A stretch of DNA of 64,000 bases from Nitrosopumilaceae archaeon (GCA_965214835.1 CBDCCK010000002.1:832001-896000); one strand, 5' to 3'; shown: positions 1 to 10,320, counted from the first letter of the stretch. Notes: a model not told the origin generated them from the sequence alone. Program-made: numbers and translations.

Positions 1-293
1 GGTCTCCTCTGCGCCCTCCGGCATGAACTGGCGCAGTTCCTTTGGAACCTCGATTTCCTTGCCTTGCACGATCGCAAGATCGGGTGATCGCTTATAATCC
101 TAGCCCGCAGCGAAAATGCAGCCCTGCCGTTTTTCATGCCTAGGCGCACAGCTCAGGACTTGATCCATTGCAGGCTGTTCCGGGGCATTCTGGGCCAAAC
201 CCCGCCTCCCGGGGGCTTTGCGGGCCGTATCTTGCCTGATCCGCCACGTGTTCTAGTCCCTACCTGCATTGAAAATTTAAACCGGGCCGTATC

Positions 294-1532
294 TTGCAAG
301 TTGTGCTCAAGATAGGCCAGTTCATCTATCCATGGGGTGGCGGACACTACTCGCGAATGATGAGGCTGGATGACGAGCTGCCAGACTTTATCAGGGACGA
401 TTTCGAGGTTCATTACTGCAGCAAGGATCACGTGTATCAAAAGCTGCTGGACAGGTTTCCCTCCAAGCGGGACAGGATCCACGAGATTCTGATGCCGACC
501 CCGATTGACGGGGATTTTGGTCCGAGCATTACGCTGTCGATGATGAACCTGCTGGTGCCGGTATCAAACCAGCCGCCGCTCGTAAAGCAGATTGCAAGCT
601 ACCTGAAAAAGGAGGGGAAGCTGTACGACAGGGAAAAATTCGACCTGGCCATCAATGACGGGGATATGGGCTCCAACATACTGGCAGACAGGAGGGGCAT
701 CCCGAGCATGTTTGTGACAAACCAGTTCAAGCCAAGGCTGCACAAGTCAAGGGTTTGTTTTTATCCGTCGCTGGTATTCATTGCAAAGCAGATTTCACGC
801 GCGACAAGGATCATCGTCGCAGACTCCCCGCCGCCATACACGATGTGCGAGTACAACCTGAACTTTACAAGAAGTGTCGAGGACAAGGTGGAGTATGTCG
901 GTCATTTTACCGCAAAGAGGAGAAAAAACATCCGGCAGACCAGTCTTGGAAGGCTCATCGACGGGGAGGATTTCGGTTACTGGATGAGGACCGGAAACAG
1001 GTCAACAAACGATGCAACGGGGAGGAGATACGCGGATGTCTTCCGGCAGGATGAGATGCGCAGGGAGAAGAGGATCGTCTCGCACGCAAGGGATGATCCC
1101 TCGATAAACAGGGTGATGGGGGCAGATGGGGGGTCGTATTCCGTAGACGAGGCCCTGGAGAGAAAAATCGACTGGATTCAGATAGACGTTGGCTTTTTGA
1201 GCGATGATGAAAAGGATGCCGTCCTCTCGGGGTGCAAGTATGCGGTGGTAAACGGCTCGCATACCGTAATGGGCGAGATCATGGGCGACAAGTCCAAGCC
1301 CATAATCGGACTGCCGGTCTACGACGAGCACGTCAACCAGATCAGGTGGGCCCAGGAAAAAAACCTGGGCATGCTTGCAAACGACACGGGGCAGGTGCTT
1401 GCGGCAATATCAAGGATCAGGGAAGAGTATTCGGCGTTCGGGGACTCCCTGAGGGACTTTTCGAGGAATTTTGTGGGGGACGGGGCCCGCAACGCGGCCA
1501 GGATTGCCGCACAGATGCTGGACAAGACATAA
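294..1532 (+). CDS. GT-B glycosyltransferase (GT28/MJ1255-like)
   Basis: N-terminal GGGHYSR motif; C-terminal NGSHTVMGE...PVYDEHVNQ sugar-donor motif. Confidence 0.75.
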   Translation: MQVVLKIGQFIYPWGGGHYSRMMRLDDELPDFIRDDFEVHYCSKDHVYQKLLDRFPSKRDRIHEILMPTPIDGDFGPSITLSMMNLLVPVSNQPPLVKQIASYLKKEGKLYDREKFDLAINDGDMGSNILADRRGIPSMFVTNQFKPRLHKSRVCFYPSLVFIAKQISRATRIIVADSPPPYTMCEYNLNFTRSVEDKVEYVGHFTAKRRKNIRQTSLGRLIDGEDFGYWMRTGNRSTNDATGRRYADVFRQDEMRREKRIVSHARDDPSINRVMGADGGSYSVDEALERKIDWIQIDVGFLSDDEKDAVLSGCKYAVVNGSHTVMGEIMGDKSKPIIGLPVYDEHVNQIRWAQEKNLGMLANDTGQVLAAISRIREEYSAFGDSLRDFSRNFVGDGARNAARIAAQMLDKT

Positions 1533-1764
1533 TAGATTTGATCCAGGTCTGGTATCTGTCTGGCATGCGGTGTTCGATGGGCGAACTGACCGAAAGGGAT
1601 GACGATACAATCCGTATGCCGGACGTGCCTGTTTTGTGCGAGGGTCCGGGCCCTCTCCCCGAGATGCGGCTCGAAAAGCACGGCCATAAAGGCCCCGATC
1701 GGCGGTGCCGCCCGGGGGTAAGATCCCGCTTGTCGTGGGAACGCTTTTATGGAAAAAATCTTGC

Positions 1765-2082
1765 ATGTCATCATTGCCTAACTGCCCGGAGTGTACGATG
1801 CGCGAAAAGAAAAAGGTTCAAGCAAGATACGAGGAGGACGTCCCCGATGAGGATCGGAGCAGGGATGATCTGTTCAAGCTGTTCGACGAGATAGAGTACC
1901 CGATGGAAATGGACAAGAGGACAAAGCACTTTATCTGCAAAAAGTGCGGCCTGTACGCGACAAGGGAGCAGGTGGGGGACATCAGGGAGAGGCTCAACAG
2001 AAGGGAGAGGACCAGGGAGGACAAGCATGACGACTATCTGAACTGGTGGCAGAAAAGCAAGAAAGACAAGATCGAAAACTAA
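1765..2082 (+). CDS. Small zinc-binding hypothetical protein
   Basis: CPEC and CKKC pairs; ATG at 1765 is the likelier start within ORF 1705..2082. Confidence 0.65.
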   Translation: MSSLPNCPECTMREKKKVQARYEEDVPDEDRSRDDLFKLFDEIEYPMEMDKRTKHFICKKCGLYATREQVGDIRERLNRRERTREDKHDDYLNWWQKSKKDKIEN

Positions 2083-2094
2083 CCGTGATTTTTT

Positions 2095-2484
2095 ATGGCC
2101 AAGAAGAAAGACGAGATTCCAGACTGGGTTTCCGACGAGATACAAAACGCAAAGTTTGAGAGTCCGAGGACGGAGACGAGAACCGGGTATATCCTGGAAA
2201 TCTACGAGCCTGACGGCAAGATGGACGTCCAGCTGTACGAGCCCGTGGAGGACGGGCGGCACATCGTGACGGTGGATCTCAAGGACGTCAGGCCCGGGGA
2301 CCTGCAGAGGGGGGTCGTCTATGCGTTCACCTTTGATCAGCTGAGGGCGCCGCTCGGCGACAGGGTAGTCGAGTACCTGCAAAGGGAGAAGGAGATCGAC
2401 ATGCAGGCGATCTATCAGTTCGAGCTGAGGGGCCTGGAGCTCATAGACGAGGGCTCGGACCAGGCCGCATCCGGCGGCAAATGA
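2095..2484 (+). CDS. Conserved hypothetical protein (beta-rich, acidic)
   Basis: 129-aa ORF co-oriented 12 bp after the previous gene; core-like codon usage. Confidence 0.7.
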   Translation: MAKKKDEIPDWVSDEIQNAKFESPRTETRTGYILEIYEPDGKMDVQLYEPVEDGRHIVTVDLKDVRPGDLQRGVVYAFTFDQLRAPLGDRVVEYLQREKEIDMQAIYQFELRGLELIDEGSDQAASGGK

Positions 2485-3279
2485 TCACCCGGATTCCTCC
2501 AGCTGTCTTCGAAACGACCTTCCCATGAGGTGATTGACGGCAAACGGTACGGTGTGCTTTAGCCACACCGCCCCCCTGACCGCAGACGGTACGATGATTT
2601 CCAGGCGGGGCGACGATGCCGCCCTCACCACTGCCCTTGCAACGGTCTCGGGACTGAGCGATGCGGGGGAGTATCTCGGCATCCCTTCAAACGACGGGCC
2701 GTCAAAGAACTCGGTCCTGACCATTATCGGACTGACCACCGTCACCCCCACGCCGGTCCCGTGCAGCTCGTGCTTTAGCCCCTCGGAGAATCCGAGCATT
2801 GCAAACTTTGATGCGCAGTATGGGGCGATTCCGGGCAGTCCGAAGCTTGCGGCCACGGACGCCACGTTGACGATGTGGCCGGAGTTCTGCCCAAGGAGCG
2901 CGGGAAGGAAGTTCTTGGTACAGTATACCATTCCGAGGTAGTTTGTGTCCATCTGGGACTCGATGTCCTCGATTGACATGTCCGATACGGGGCCGTATAC
3001 CGCAAAACCCGCATTGTTTACCAGGACGTCTATGCCCCCGAATCTCTCGAGGACCTGATCGCTCATGAACCTCACCTGCGCCTTGTCTGAGACATCGCAG
3101 GGGACGGCCAGGACCTCTATACCGTACCTGCCAAGCTCCCCCTCAACCCGTGCAAGCCTCTCCCCCCTCCTGGCAACCAGCACCAGCCTGGAGCCTCTCC
3201 TGGCAAACTCGACTGCAGCCGCCCTTCCGATTCCGCTTGAGGCGCCGGTTATGACGACGACCTTGTTTTTAAAATCCAA
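2485..3279 (-). CDS. Short-chain dehydrogenase/reductase
   Basis: TGASSGIG, NNAG and YCASK motifs. Confidence 0.92.
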   Translation of the reverse strand: MDFKNKVVVITGASSGIGRAAAVEFARRGSRLVLVARRGERLARVEGELGRYGIEVLAVPCDVSDKAQVRFMSDQVLERFGGIDVLVNNAGFAVYGPVSDMSIEDIESQMDTNYLGMVYCTKNFLPALLGQNSGHIVNVASVAASFGLPGIAPYCASKFAMLGFSEGLKHELHGTGVGVTVVSPIMVRTEFFDGPSFEGMPRYSPASLSPETVARAVVRAASSPRLEIIVPSAVRGAVWLKHTVPFAVNHLMGRSFRRQLEESG

Positions 3280-3288
3280 GACCTCCCC

Positions 3289-4305
3289 CTACGCCACCGG
3301 CTCCCTGTCGTATCTTGTCAGTGCCAGCCTTATCAGGAGGAACCAAGTCACGCCTATCGGGACGTAGTATGTCGCAATCCTCCACGCGATTACGGCGTTC
3401 CACTCGATCGTCCGCTCCACCGCGCCAAAGTCAAACGGGTTGAGGTCGTTCAGATAGGCCACGATTCCAAACTCGGCCAGGCCCGAGCCGCCCACGGTAA
3501 TCGGCAGGTTCCCAATCGCGTTGGCGCCCATGACGGCCATGACGGAGTCAAACGCGCCGATGTGGTATCCGATTCCCGATGCTATGATCATAAACGAGAT
3601 TCCGTAGAATATCCACGAGGCCATGGACATTGCAAAGCTCTTGGCAAAGACGTCCTTGGACTCTCTTTTGTGGAGGTTCTCCCTGCTCATCGTACAGATC
3701 TCCTCCATCCACATGTTTGACTGCTCGATGTACCTCCTGCCCTTCTCCTTGCCGAACCTTTCGGTCAGGCCCGCGATCACCCCCGGAACCTGGAACGTCC
3801 GCTTTGAGGACAGGAAGAACAGCGCCATCCAGAGGGTGGTGACAAACACGCTCGTTCCCAGGATTACTATGCCGACTACATATGCGCCGTGGACCAGCGC
3901 AATGACTCCGGCGATTATCGACAGGATTCCCCCGGCCAGTACCTCAGTCACGATGTCCAAGATTGCGACCCACATGGCCTTTGAGGGCTGGATCCCCTTC
4001 TTGTGCATCCAGTAGATCACGACGAATTCGGCACCTACAAACATCGGGGTTGTAAACTTGATGAACTCGCTGCCCACCCTGACGCCCGCCATCCTCCACA
4101 CGGAGTCTATGCCCCCAAGGTAGTGCCTGGCTATATAGCTGAACTTGAAGCCCTGGATTGCAAGCTTTGCCATCATTGCAAAGACCGCCGCGGCAAACGG
4201 AACGGCGCCGATTGCAAACACGTCCTCGGCCCGGATGTCAAACTGGATCGCGATGATTATGATCGGTATCATGCTTGCAGGGATGGCCGCTATTCTCCAG
4301 TTCAT
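3289..4305 (-). CDS. Flippase-like membrane protein (UPF0104/LPG-synthase TM family)
   Basis: About 8 TM segments; TPMFVGAE, PITVGGSGLAE and WRIATYY motifs. Confidence 0.8.
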   Translation of the reverse strand: MNWRIAAIPASMIPIIIIAIQFDIRAEDVFAIGAVPFAAAVFAMMAKLAIQGFKFSYIARHYLGGIDSVWRMAGVRVGSEFIKFTTPMFVGAEFVVIYWMHKKGIQPSKAMWVAILDIVTEVLAGGILSIIAGVIALVHGAYVVGIVILGTSVFVTTLWMALFFLSSKRTFQVPGVIAGLTERFGKEKGRRYIEQSNMWMEEICTMSRENLHKRESKDVFAKSFAMSMASWIFYGISFMIIASGIGYHIGAFDSVMAVMGANAIGNLPITVGGSGLAEFGIVAYLNDLNPFDFGAVERTIEWNAVIAWRIATYYVPIGVTWFLLIRLALTRYDREPVA

Positions 4306-4400
4306 TTACCATCTTTTCATGGATTCAAATATGAAAGTTGGCCAAATTTTATTGGTTTAGCTCCGGCTAAATTTTTTTAACTCTAAACGGGATCGTGCCT

Positions 4401-4528
4401 AAATCAGGCGGCGGGTTGTTTCAAGGTCGCCGTTAGATGCCCGGGTATTGAAGGCGCAATCTTCCCCAAACGTACCTGGCTCACGGCAGTGCATACGGCG
4501 ACATGCGGATTTGCAAGCGGCCTGATTT
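4401..4528 (+). ncRNA. Candidate structured non-coding RNA (rod-like)
   Basis: Nested stems AAATCAGGC/GCCTGATTT, GTCGCCGT/ACGGCGAC, CCGGGTA/TACCTGG and GAAG/CTTC; TTTTTAA box about 25 nt upstream. Confidence 0.35.
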
Positions 4529-4790
4529 GAATTGTTTCGAAATTTGGAGCCGTTTTATTGTGTACTTTCGGGAAGACTGAACATCGCGCTCACTACGTGT
4601 AAACGCGCAGGACAGACTACATTGGCTAGACCCACACTGTTTTAGGAACAAAATTGGTTTCAGATTTTATTCAGCAGTGTAATTGAGTTGAATAATTAGC
4701 TCCAAAATTTAATGAAAATAAAAAACAAAAATTAAAAATAGTCGACACCATGTTGATCATATCATGCAATTAGCTTTTGATGACCATTAC

Positions 4791-5310
4791 ATGAGAACAC
4801 TGCCTGATCTTGTACAACCCGGAATGAAAGCTGTATTCGTCGGAACAAATCCCGGCGAAGTCAGCGCAAATAGGACATTATTTTGCAGGTAATAGCAACA
4901 TGTTTTGGAAATTATTATACGAATCCAATCTGACGGAAGAGCGACTAACAACAGAATCAGATAGAATGCTGGCTGCATGTGGTTACGGGCTAACAGATGT
5001 AGTAAAACAGCCTACACGTTCAACATCAGATCTACGAAGAGACGATGGAAATGGCGCAAGAAGTCGTCTGGATTCCATAATAGCGAAAAATAAGCCTGAA
5101 ATAGTTGCATTTGTTGGCAAAACCGGTTTCAGATGCTATCTTGATGAAAATGACAAGCCTGTCAAGTATGGCATACAAAAACTTAAAATTGCAGAATCTT
5201 CCGTATATCTTCTTCCATCTACCAGTGGTCAGAGTTACGCAGATACAAGATATAAAGAAAAATTATTTTGGTATAGAAAATTAAAAAACTACATCATGAA
5301 TATCCTCTAA
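4791..5310 (+). pseudogene. mug: G/U mismatch-specific uracil-DNA glycosylase (Mug/TDG family), frameshifted
   Basis: MRTLPDLVQPGMKAVFVGTNPG continues in another frame as GHYFAGNSNMFW...LPSTSG; one A missing at about 4868. Confidence 0.8.
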
Positions 5311-5586
5311 ATTGAGGGAGTTCTTGGTACAGCGACAAAATGTTTTGTGAGAGTTTGTTCTGCCATGCCAGTAAAAAATCCGAATAAACAAAATGTGAAG
5401 CCAATCATTAGGACGCCAGGGTTGTCCAACTTTTGCCAGACGGTGCCCGTCCGCCTCGCCTCGTCCCCCGGATGTGGGCGGTTCCGGACGCCGTACGGGA
5501 TGTTTTTGGACGTTGGGCGGTCTCCGACGGCCGGAACAGTACAAACAGCAATGCAAATATCCATGTGAGCCATACCTTGCGGTATA

Positions 5587-5668
5587 GTACATGCATCAAA
5601 AATTGCAACATAATTTTGACATATCGTGCCTATTTCGATAAGAAAATATCCCATTTTCAACTGTGCGC
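5587..5668. repeat. Dispersed IS-end-like segment; inverted copy at about 52143-52224
   Basis: CATAATTTTGACATATCGTGCCTATTTCG...TTTTCAACTGTG matches the reverse complement of the 52.15-kb segment. Confidence 0.55.
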
Positions 5669-5670
5669 AT

Positions 5671-5843
5671 TACATCAAGTACTATAACGAACGTAGGCTG
5701 CACTTTGGGCCGGACATAGCCAACCGCCAGACGCCCATCATGGCGTTCTCGGACAAGACGGCCACGGATGCGATCAGGAAATCCGACCCAAAATGGAGGG
5801 GAGGGACACCAATGACTAGCGAACCTAATTTTCATATAACACA
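5671..5843 (+). mobile_element. IS481-like transposase 3' remnant with right end
   Basis: YIKYYNERRLH motif; end ATGACTAGCGAACCTAATTTTCATATAACACA identical to the copy ending at 15091. Confidence 0.7.
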
Positions 5844-5854
5844 TTACACTAAAG

Positions 5855-5947
5855 GTACGGGGTCACCTACCCTCATCAGCCAGGCACGAATCAGCATGCA
5901 TGATTGTGATTTTCGTGCCTAGATAGCAGGGGGACGTGACCACATAC
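5855..5947. mobile_element. MITE family A (93 bp, IS66-type ends)
   Basis: Ends GTACGGGGTCAC...GTGACCACATAC; perfect 8-bp TSD CACTAAAG; near-identical copy at 34015. Confidence 0.9.
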
Positions 5948-5996
5948 CACTAAAGGCCTCAAGGCTTTTTATACCACCACTCGTTATGTTAACAAG

Positions 5997-6476
5997 TTGA
6001 CCCTGCCTGGCAAACTAGCAGTTTTGTTCCAGACAATAGGTAAAGATCCATCCATGAAACAATTTGATGACAAGCTCAAGGTTCAGAAGATCGTTTATCT
6101 CGCCCAAGAATATGGTGTTGATTTTGGATATGCGTTTGCATGGAATAGAAGGGGACCGTATTGCAAGCAGGTATCAGAACACGCACATACGATCTTGGAT
6201 TCTGATGTCGGTATTGACGCTCAGTTCGAAAATGAAAATAAAGAAAAGCTGCAAAAATTTGTAGCAGTAATGAAGCCTTACCTTGATGAGACTGATTGGC
6301 TGGAGATTGCAGCATCATTAGTATATCTGCGAAAGGATAGCTATGAAGGCATGGAGCTAGATCGGATAATTGGGTATCTTATCGAAGACTTGACATACGG
6401 ATATAAGAACTTCAATGAGACACTAGTAAGAGGCGTGATTGCTGAAATGTTAAGCATGGGGATTTTTACGCGATAA
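5997..6476 (+). CDS. YwgA-like/DUF4065-related winged-helix protein
   Basis: LKVQKIVYLAQ...YAFAWNRRGPYC...WLEIAASLVYL pattern; low GC. Confidence 0.65.
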   Translation: MTLPGKLAVLFQTIGKDPSMKQFDDKLKVQKIVYLAQEYGVDFGYAFAWNRRGPYCKQVSEHAHTILDSDVGIDAQFENENKEKLQKFVAVMKPYLDETDWLEIAASLVYLRKDSYEGMELDRIIGYLIEDLTYGYKNFNETLVRGVIAEMLSMGIFTR

Positions 6477-6499
6477 GAATATGAGATCGCCTCCCCCAA

Positions 6500-6617
6500 C
6501 AGTCTTCCCAGAGGTTCCCTACAAAGCGGCTTCAAACTCGAAGCGGTCCAAGCAAAGCTGCCTACAGATCCGCATATGATCGTCTGCACCCCCACGAGTC
6601 GGTTACTGGGAAGACTG
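6500..6617. mobile_element. MITE family F (about 118 bp, CAG ends)
   Basis: TIR CAGTCTTCCCAG/CTGGGAAGACTG; diverged copy at 26324-26445 shares GCTGCCTRCAGATCC. Confidence 0.7.
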
Positions 6618-7039
6618 CGATAAGGGTTCTGTGTAAAATTGGGGATATGGAATTTCACCGTCTCTGGATCATGTCGATGGTTCGGGGCTTGACGGTGAAG
6701 AGGTGCTCCCTGACACGTATCGCATTGCGTCAGAACACAGGAGCGGCAATGCGCTATGCCGGATCTCGCTGTACAGACTACCGCGCTGCGTCCAAATGCC
6801 AAGTATGCGACTGTTTTCAGTCTGCTGATTTGGAACCGGGATCTGTTCTTGCAGTATCTGACATGGCAGGGCCCAAGGCCGAGCTGGTACGGCCGGAATG
6901 TGACCTGGGATCTGTTGGTGGTTTGGAAGAAAACCCAGATCTCGTGAATTTAACGGCGAAAATCCCATGGTCACGTATTCTCAAGCGTCAGAATTGTTAG
7001 TTTGAAATATAGGCCAATAATGAACAATATGGCAGTAGA

Positions 7040-7798
7040 TTGAAGTCAATTTTTGTAACCGGGACGGCAGGCTCGGGAAAATCACTCCTGTCCTCAAAGC
7101 TCCACGAGTATTATACCAAAAACGGCGCATTTTCTGCCGTACTGAACCTGGATCCCGGCGTTGAGAGCCTGCCCTACACCCCGGACGTTGACGTAAGGGA
7201 TCATGTTGACCTAGTCTCGATAATGAAGCAGTATGACCTAGGGCCCAACGGCGCATTAATCATGGCAAGTGACCTGATTGCGTCAAAGTTTGACGGCATA
7301 CACGACCAGGTACAGGGCGTGAATCCGGACTATCTGATTGTGGATACGCCCGGACAGATTGAACTGTTTGCATACAGATCAAGCGGCCCCTTCATTCTGG
7401 ACAGCATAATGTCAGATGAGAGGACGTCGGTCTTTCTTTTCGACGGGGCGCTGATCACTGCGCCGGTAAACTTTGTCTCAGTTGCACTGCTTGCAACATC
7501 AATCAGGCTGAGGCTGAACTTGCCGACAATCAATGCGGTTACAAAATCGGATCTCATCGGAGATAGGCTAGGTGAGATTCTAAGGTGGACGACGAACCTC
7601 AGGGCACTGGAGGATGCAATTTCCGAGCATGCCGACGGTGATACCTATACCCTGACTACAAGTATTTTGAGGGGAATGAACCTGGGAGGTTTTGCACAGG
7701 GGCTGATTCCGATATCAAATGTTACCGGCGAGGGCATGACTAACCTAGAGGGCGCACTAAGCAGAACCATAAATCTAGGCGAGGAGGTGGAAGACTGA
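7040..7798 (+). CDS. GPN-loop GTPase
   Basis: GTAGSGKS, NLDPG, LGPNG, DTPGQIE and TKSD motifs. Confidence 0.93.
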   Translation: MKSIFVTGTAGSGKSLLSSKLHEYYTKNGAFSAVLNLDPGVESLPYTPDVDVRDHVDLVSIMKQYDLGPNGALIMASDLIASKFDGIHDQVQGVNPDYLIVDTPGQIELFAYRSSGPFILDSIMSDERTSVFLFDGALITAPVNFVSVALLATSIRLRLNLPTINAVTKSDLIGDRLGEILRWTTNLRALEDAISEHADGDTYTLTTSILRGMNLGGFAQGLIPISNVTGEGMTNLEGALSRTINLGEEVED

Positions 7799-8727
7799 TG
7801 GCAGACAGCATTACGACAAGGGCCCCGTCATCTACTGCAAACCTGGGTCCCGGCTTTGACGTGTTCGGCCTTGCCGTAAATGCGTTTTATGACACCGTAA
7901 CTGTTACAAAGAAAGGGCGAGGGGGAATCACGATCATGTCGGGGGATGACGTGCCTTCCGCAGTATCAAAAAACACCGCCGGGCTGGTAGCCCGGAGCAT
8001 CGCAAAAAAATTCAGGATCAGGTCAGGCTTGGAAATTAAAATCAAGAAGGGGGTTCCCGCCGGACTTGGCATGGGCAGCAGCGCCGCATCTGCTGCCGCA
8101 GCTGCCGTGGCCATGAACGGGTTATTCGGGTTGAAAATGTCCGATAACGAGCTGGTGGAGTCTGCAGGAACGGGTGAAAAGGCCTCGGCAGGCGCGATTC
8201 ATTACGACAATGTCGCAGCCTCTGTGCTAGGAGGCTTTGTAATTGTAAGGACAGACCCGCTGGACGTAATCAAGGTTCGGCCGCCGCCTGACTTGGTAAT
8301 GTGCGTGGCCATGCCAAAACTCGAGGTTCCCAAGAGAAAGACCATGGTCTCAAGAGGCGCAATCCCGTCCAGGGTGCCGCTGAGGGACTCGATAGCCAAC
8401 CTCTCAAATGCAAGCTCGATCGTTGCAGGATTTCTCAGAAAAGACCCTGTAATCATAGGAAGCTCGGTTCGGGACGTGATCGTAGAGCCGGCAAGAAAAC
8501 ACATGATTCCGGGATTTGACAGGGTAAAGAAAAACGCGATAAAGGCCGGGGCCCTGGGGGCAACGATCAGCGGGGCGGGGCCCTCGGTCATCGCGTTTTG
8601 CGGGCCCAAGTCAAGCACAGAAAAAATTGCCAGGGCGATGGAGCTCGGATTTGATTCGGCAGGAACAGAGTCCCGGGCGGTGATCTGCAGGCCCAGCACG
8701 GGTGCCAAGATAGTCAGACGGGGGTAG
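7798..8727 (+). CDS. thrB: Homoserine kinase
   Basis: PSSTANLGPGFD, GLGMGSSAAS, HYDN and ISGAGPS GHMP motifs. Confidence 0.95.
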   Translation: MADSITTRAPSSTANLGPGFDVFGLAVNAFYDTVTVTKKGRGGITIMSGDDVPSAVSKNTAGLVARSIAKKFRIRSGLEIKIKKGVPAGLGMGSSAASAAAAAVAMNGLFGLKMSDNELVESAGTGEKASAGAIHYDNVAASVLGGFVIVRTDPLDVIKVRPPPDLVMCVAMPKLEVPKRKTMVSRGAIPSRVPLRDSIANLSNASSIVAGFLRKDPVIIGSSVRDVIVEPARKHMIPGFDRVKKNAIKAGALGATISGAGPSVIAFCGPKSSTEKIARAMELGFDSAGTESRAVICRPSTGAKIVRRG

Positions 8728-8737
8728 GTTTTGCGAG

Positions 8738-9415
8738 TTGGTCAGAAGGGCGGTAATCATATTCAGCGGGGGAATGGACTCGGCCTGCTATGCCTCGCAG
8801 CTGGGGAAAAAATACGACCTGTACGGGATCACGTTTTCCTACGGGCAAAAGGCAGGCCAGGAGATCAGGACTGCAAAAAGATTTGCAAAAAAGATCGGGT
8901 TAAAAAGGCACAGGGTTGTGGATATCGGGTTCATGAAAGAGCTCTACGGGGATACGAACGTCCTGACGGGCCCCAGCAGGAAAATTCCCGGAAAATTCGA
9001 GTATTCCATAGTGGTTCCGATCCGAAACGCCATATTCCTCACGATTGCGGCTGCATGGGCATATACGCTCAATGCGTCAATAGTAGCATATGGCGCGCAT
9101 ACCGGGGATGCCCATTATCCGGACTGCAGGCCGGGATTTGCAGCAAAGATCCAGGACGCGCTAAACGAGGGGGAGGTTGACGGGATCAAGATGGGAATCA
9201 GGCGGCCGGTCAAGGTTCTGTCCCCCTATATTGAAGGGTATTCAAAGAGCGACCTGATAAGACTAGGATACGGGAACCTGGGGGACGGGATTTTCAAGAC
9301 GTGGAGCTGCTATGCGGATAAAAGCGCGCATTGTGGCAGGTGTGAATCGTGCAACAACAGAAAAAGCGCCTTTAAGAGCCTGGATCTCGTTGACAAGACG
9401 GCATACTTGGGCTAG
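8738..9415 (+). CDS. queC: 7-cyano-7-deazaguanine synthase
   Basis: SGGMDS, YGQK, VPIRN, YPDC and SCY...CGRCESC motifs. Confidence 0.95.
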   Translation: MVRRAVIIFSGGMDSACYASQLGKKYDLYGITFSYGQKAGQEIRTAKRFAKKIGLKRHRVVDIGFMKELYGDTNVLTGPSRKIPGKFEYSIVVPIRNAIFLTIAAAWAYTLNASIVAYGAHTGDAHYPDCRPGFAAKIQDALNEGEVDGIKMGIRRPVKVLSPYIEGYSKSDLIRLGYGNLGDGIFKTWSCYADKSAHCGRCESCNNRKSAFKSLDLVDKTAYLG

Positions 9416-9669
9416 CCCGCATAGCGGTTTCCAAGAATCGGTTTTTTGAAGACTAGTGCGCGCAGGATCAGATACCATCCGATGAATATCCCGCCGACGA
9501 TTCCAAAGAACACCCAGTTTTGCACGTCGGGGGCAAGTCCCTCGATGGAGCCTACGATCTCCCGTGAGACCAGCATGGAGACTGCCAGTACGATTCCAAA
9601 CTCGATTGCATACCAGGTCCAGACCGGCCAGGATTCCTTTGGGATGTGAACGTTGTTGTGTGCCCCCAT
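9412..9669 (-). CDS. Small membrane protein
   Basis: Two hydrophobic helices, 85 aa. Confidence 0.65.
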   Translation of the reverse strand: MGAHNNVHIPKESWPVWTWYAIEFGIVLAVSMLVSREIVGSIEGLAPDVQNWVFFGIVGGIFIGWYLILRALVFKKPILGNRYAG

Positions 9670-9710
9670 TGGTCTTGCTCTAAGAAAAAGGGTATTTAAT
9701 TTTTGACTGC

Positions 9711-10262
9711 CTAGATCGGGGCATTAGGCTTGCGGATCATTGCCAATACGCCCTCCTTCTCCTCCCGGTTCTCATAAATGCCTCGAAACGCCGACGAGGT
9801 CATCCTAGCGTCGTTTCTGACGCCGCGCATCTTCATGCACAGGTGCTCTGCATCGGCGACTACGACCACGCCCTTTACGCCCTGGCCGTAAAGCTCGTCT
9901 GCAATGTTTTTTGTCAGACGCTCTTGGATTTGCAGTCTTTTTGCATATTTTTCCACTAGGCGTACGAGTTTTGATATTCCAAATACCCTGCCGTTTGGGG
10001 AGTATGCGATGTGGATTTTTCCAAAGAAGGGCAGCATGTGGTGCTCGCACATTGAGTAAAACTGTATGTCCTTTGCCACCACGACGTCGGAATCCTCGGA
10101 GAACTGGACGGACAGCTCAGAGTCAGACTCGTATCCGCTAAAGATCTCGTTATACATGCTGGCCATGCGCCGGGGCGTTTCGCGCAGCCCCTCACGGGTC
10201 GGATCCTCGCCCAGCTCAATGATTAGCTCCCTGACGAGTTTTTTGACCCTGTCCTCATCCAT
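9711..10262 (-). CDS. folE: GTP cyclohydrolase I
   Basis: SMCEHHMLPF, GISKLVR, RLQIQERLT and HLCMKMRG motifs. Confidence 0.96.
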   Translation of the reverse strand: MDEDRVKKLVRELIIELGEDPTREGLRETPRRMASMYNEIFSGYESDSELSVQFSEDSDVVVAKDIQFYSMCEHHMLPFFGKIHIAYSPNGRVFGISKLVRLVEKYAKRLQIQERLTKNIADELYGQGVKGVVVVADAEHLCMKMRGVRNDARMTSSAFRGIYENREEKEGVLAMIRKPNAPI

Positions 10263-10320
10263 GTGATCTATTCAGGATTCCGGTGCTATTTGAAGCTAAG
10301 CCGCCTCTTGCACGGGTGCC

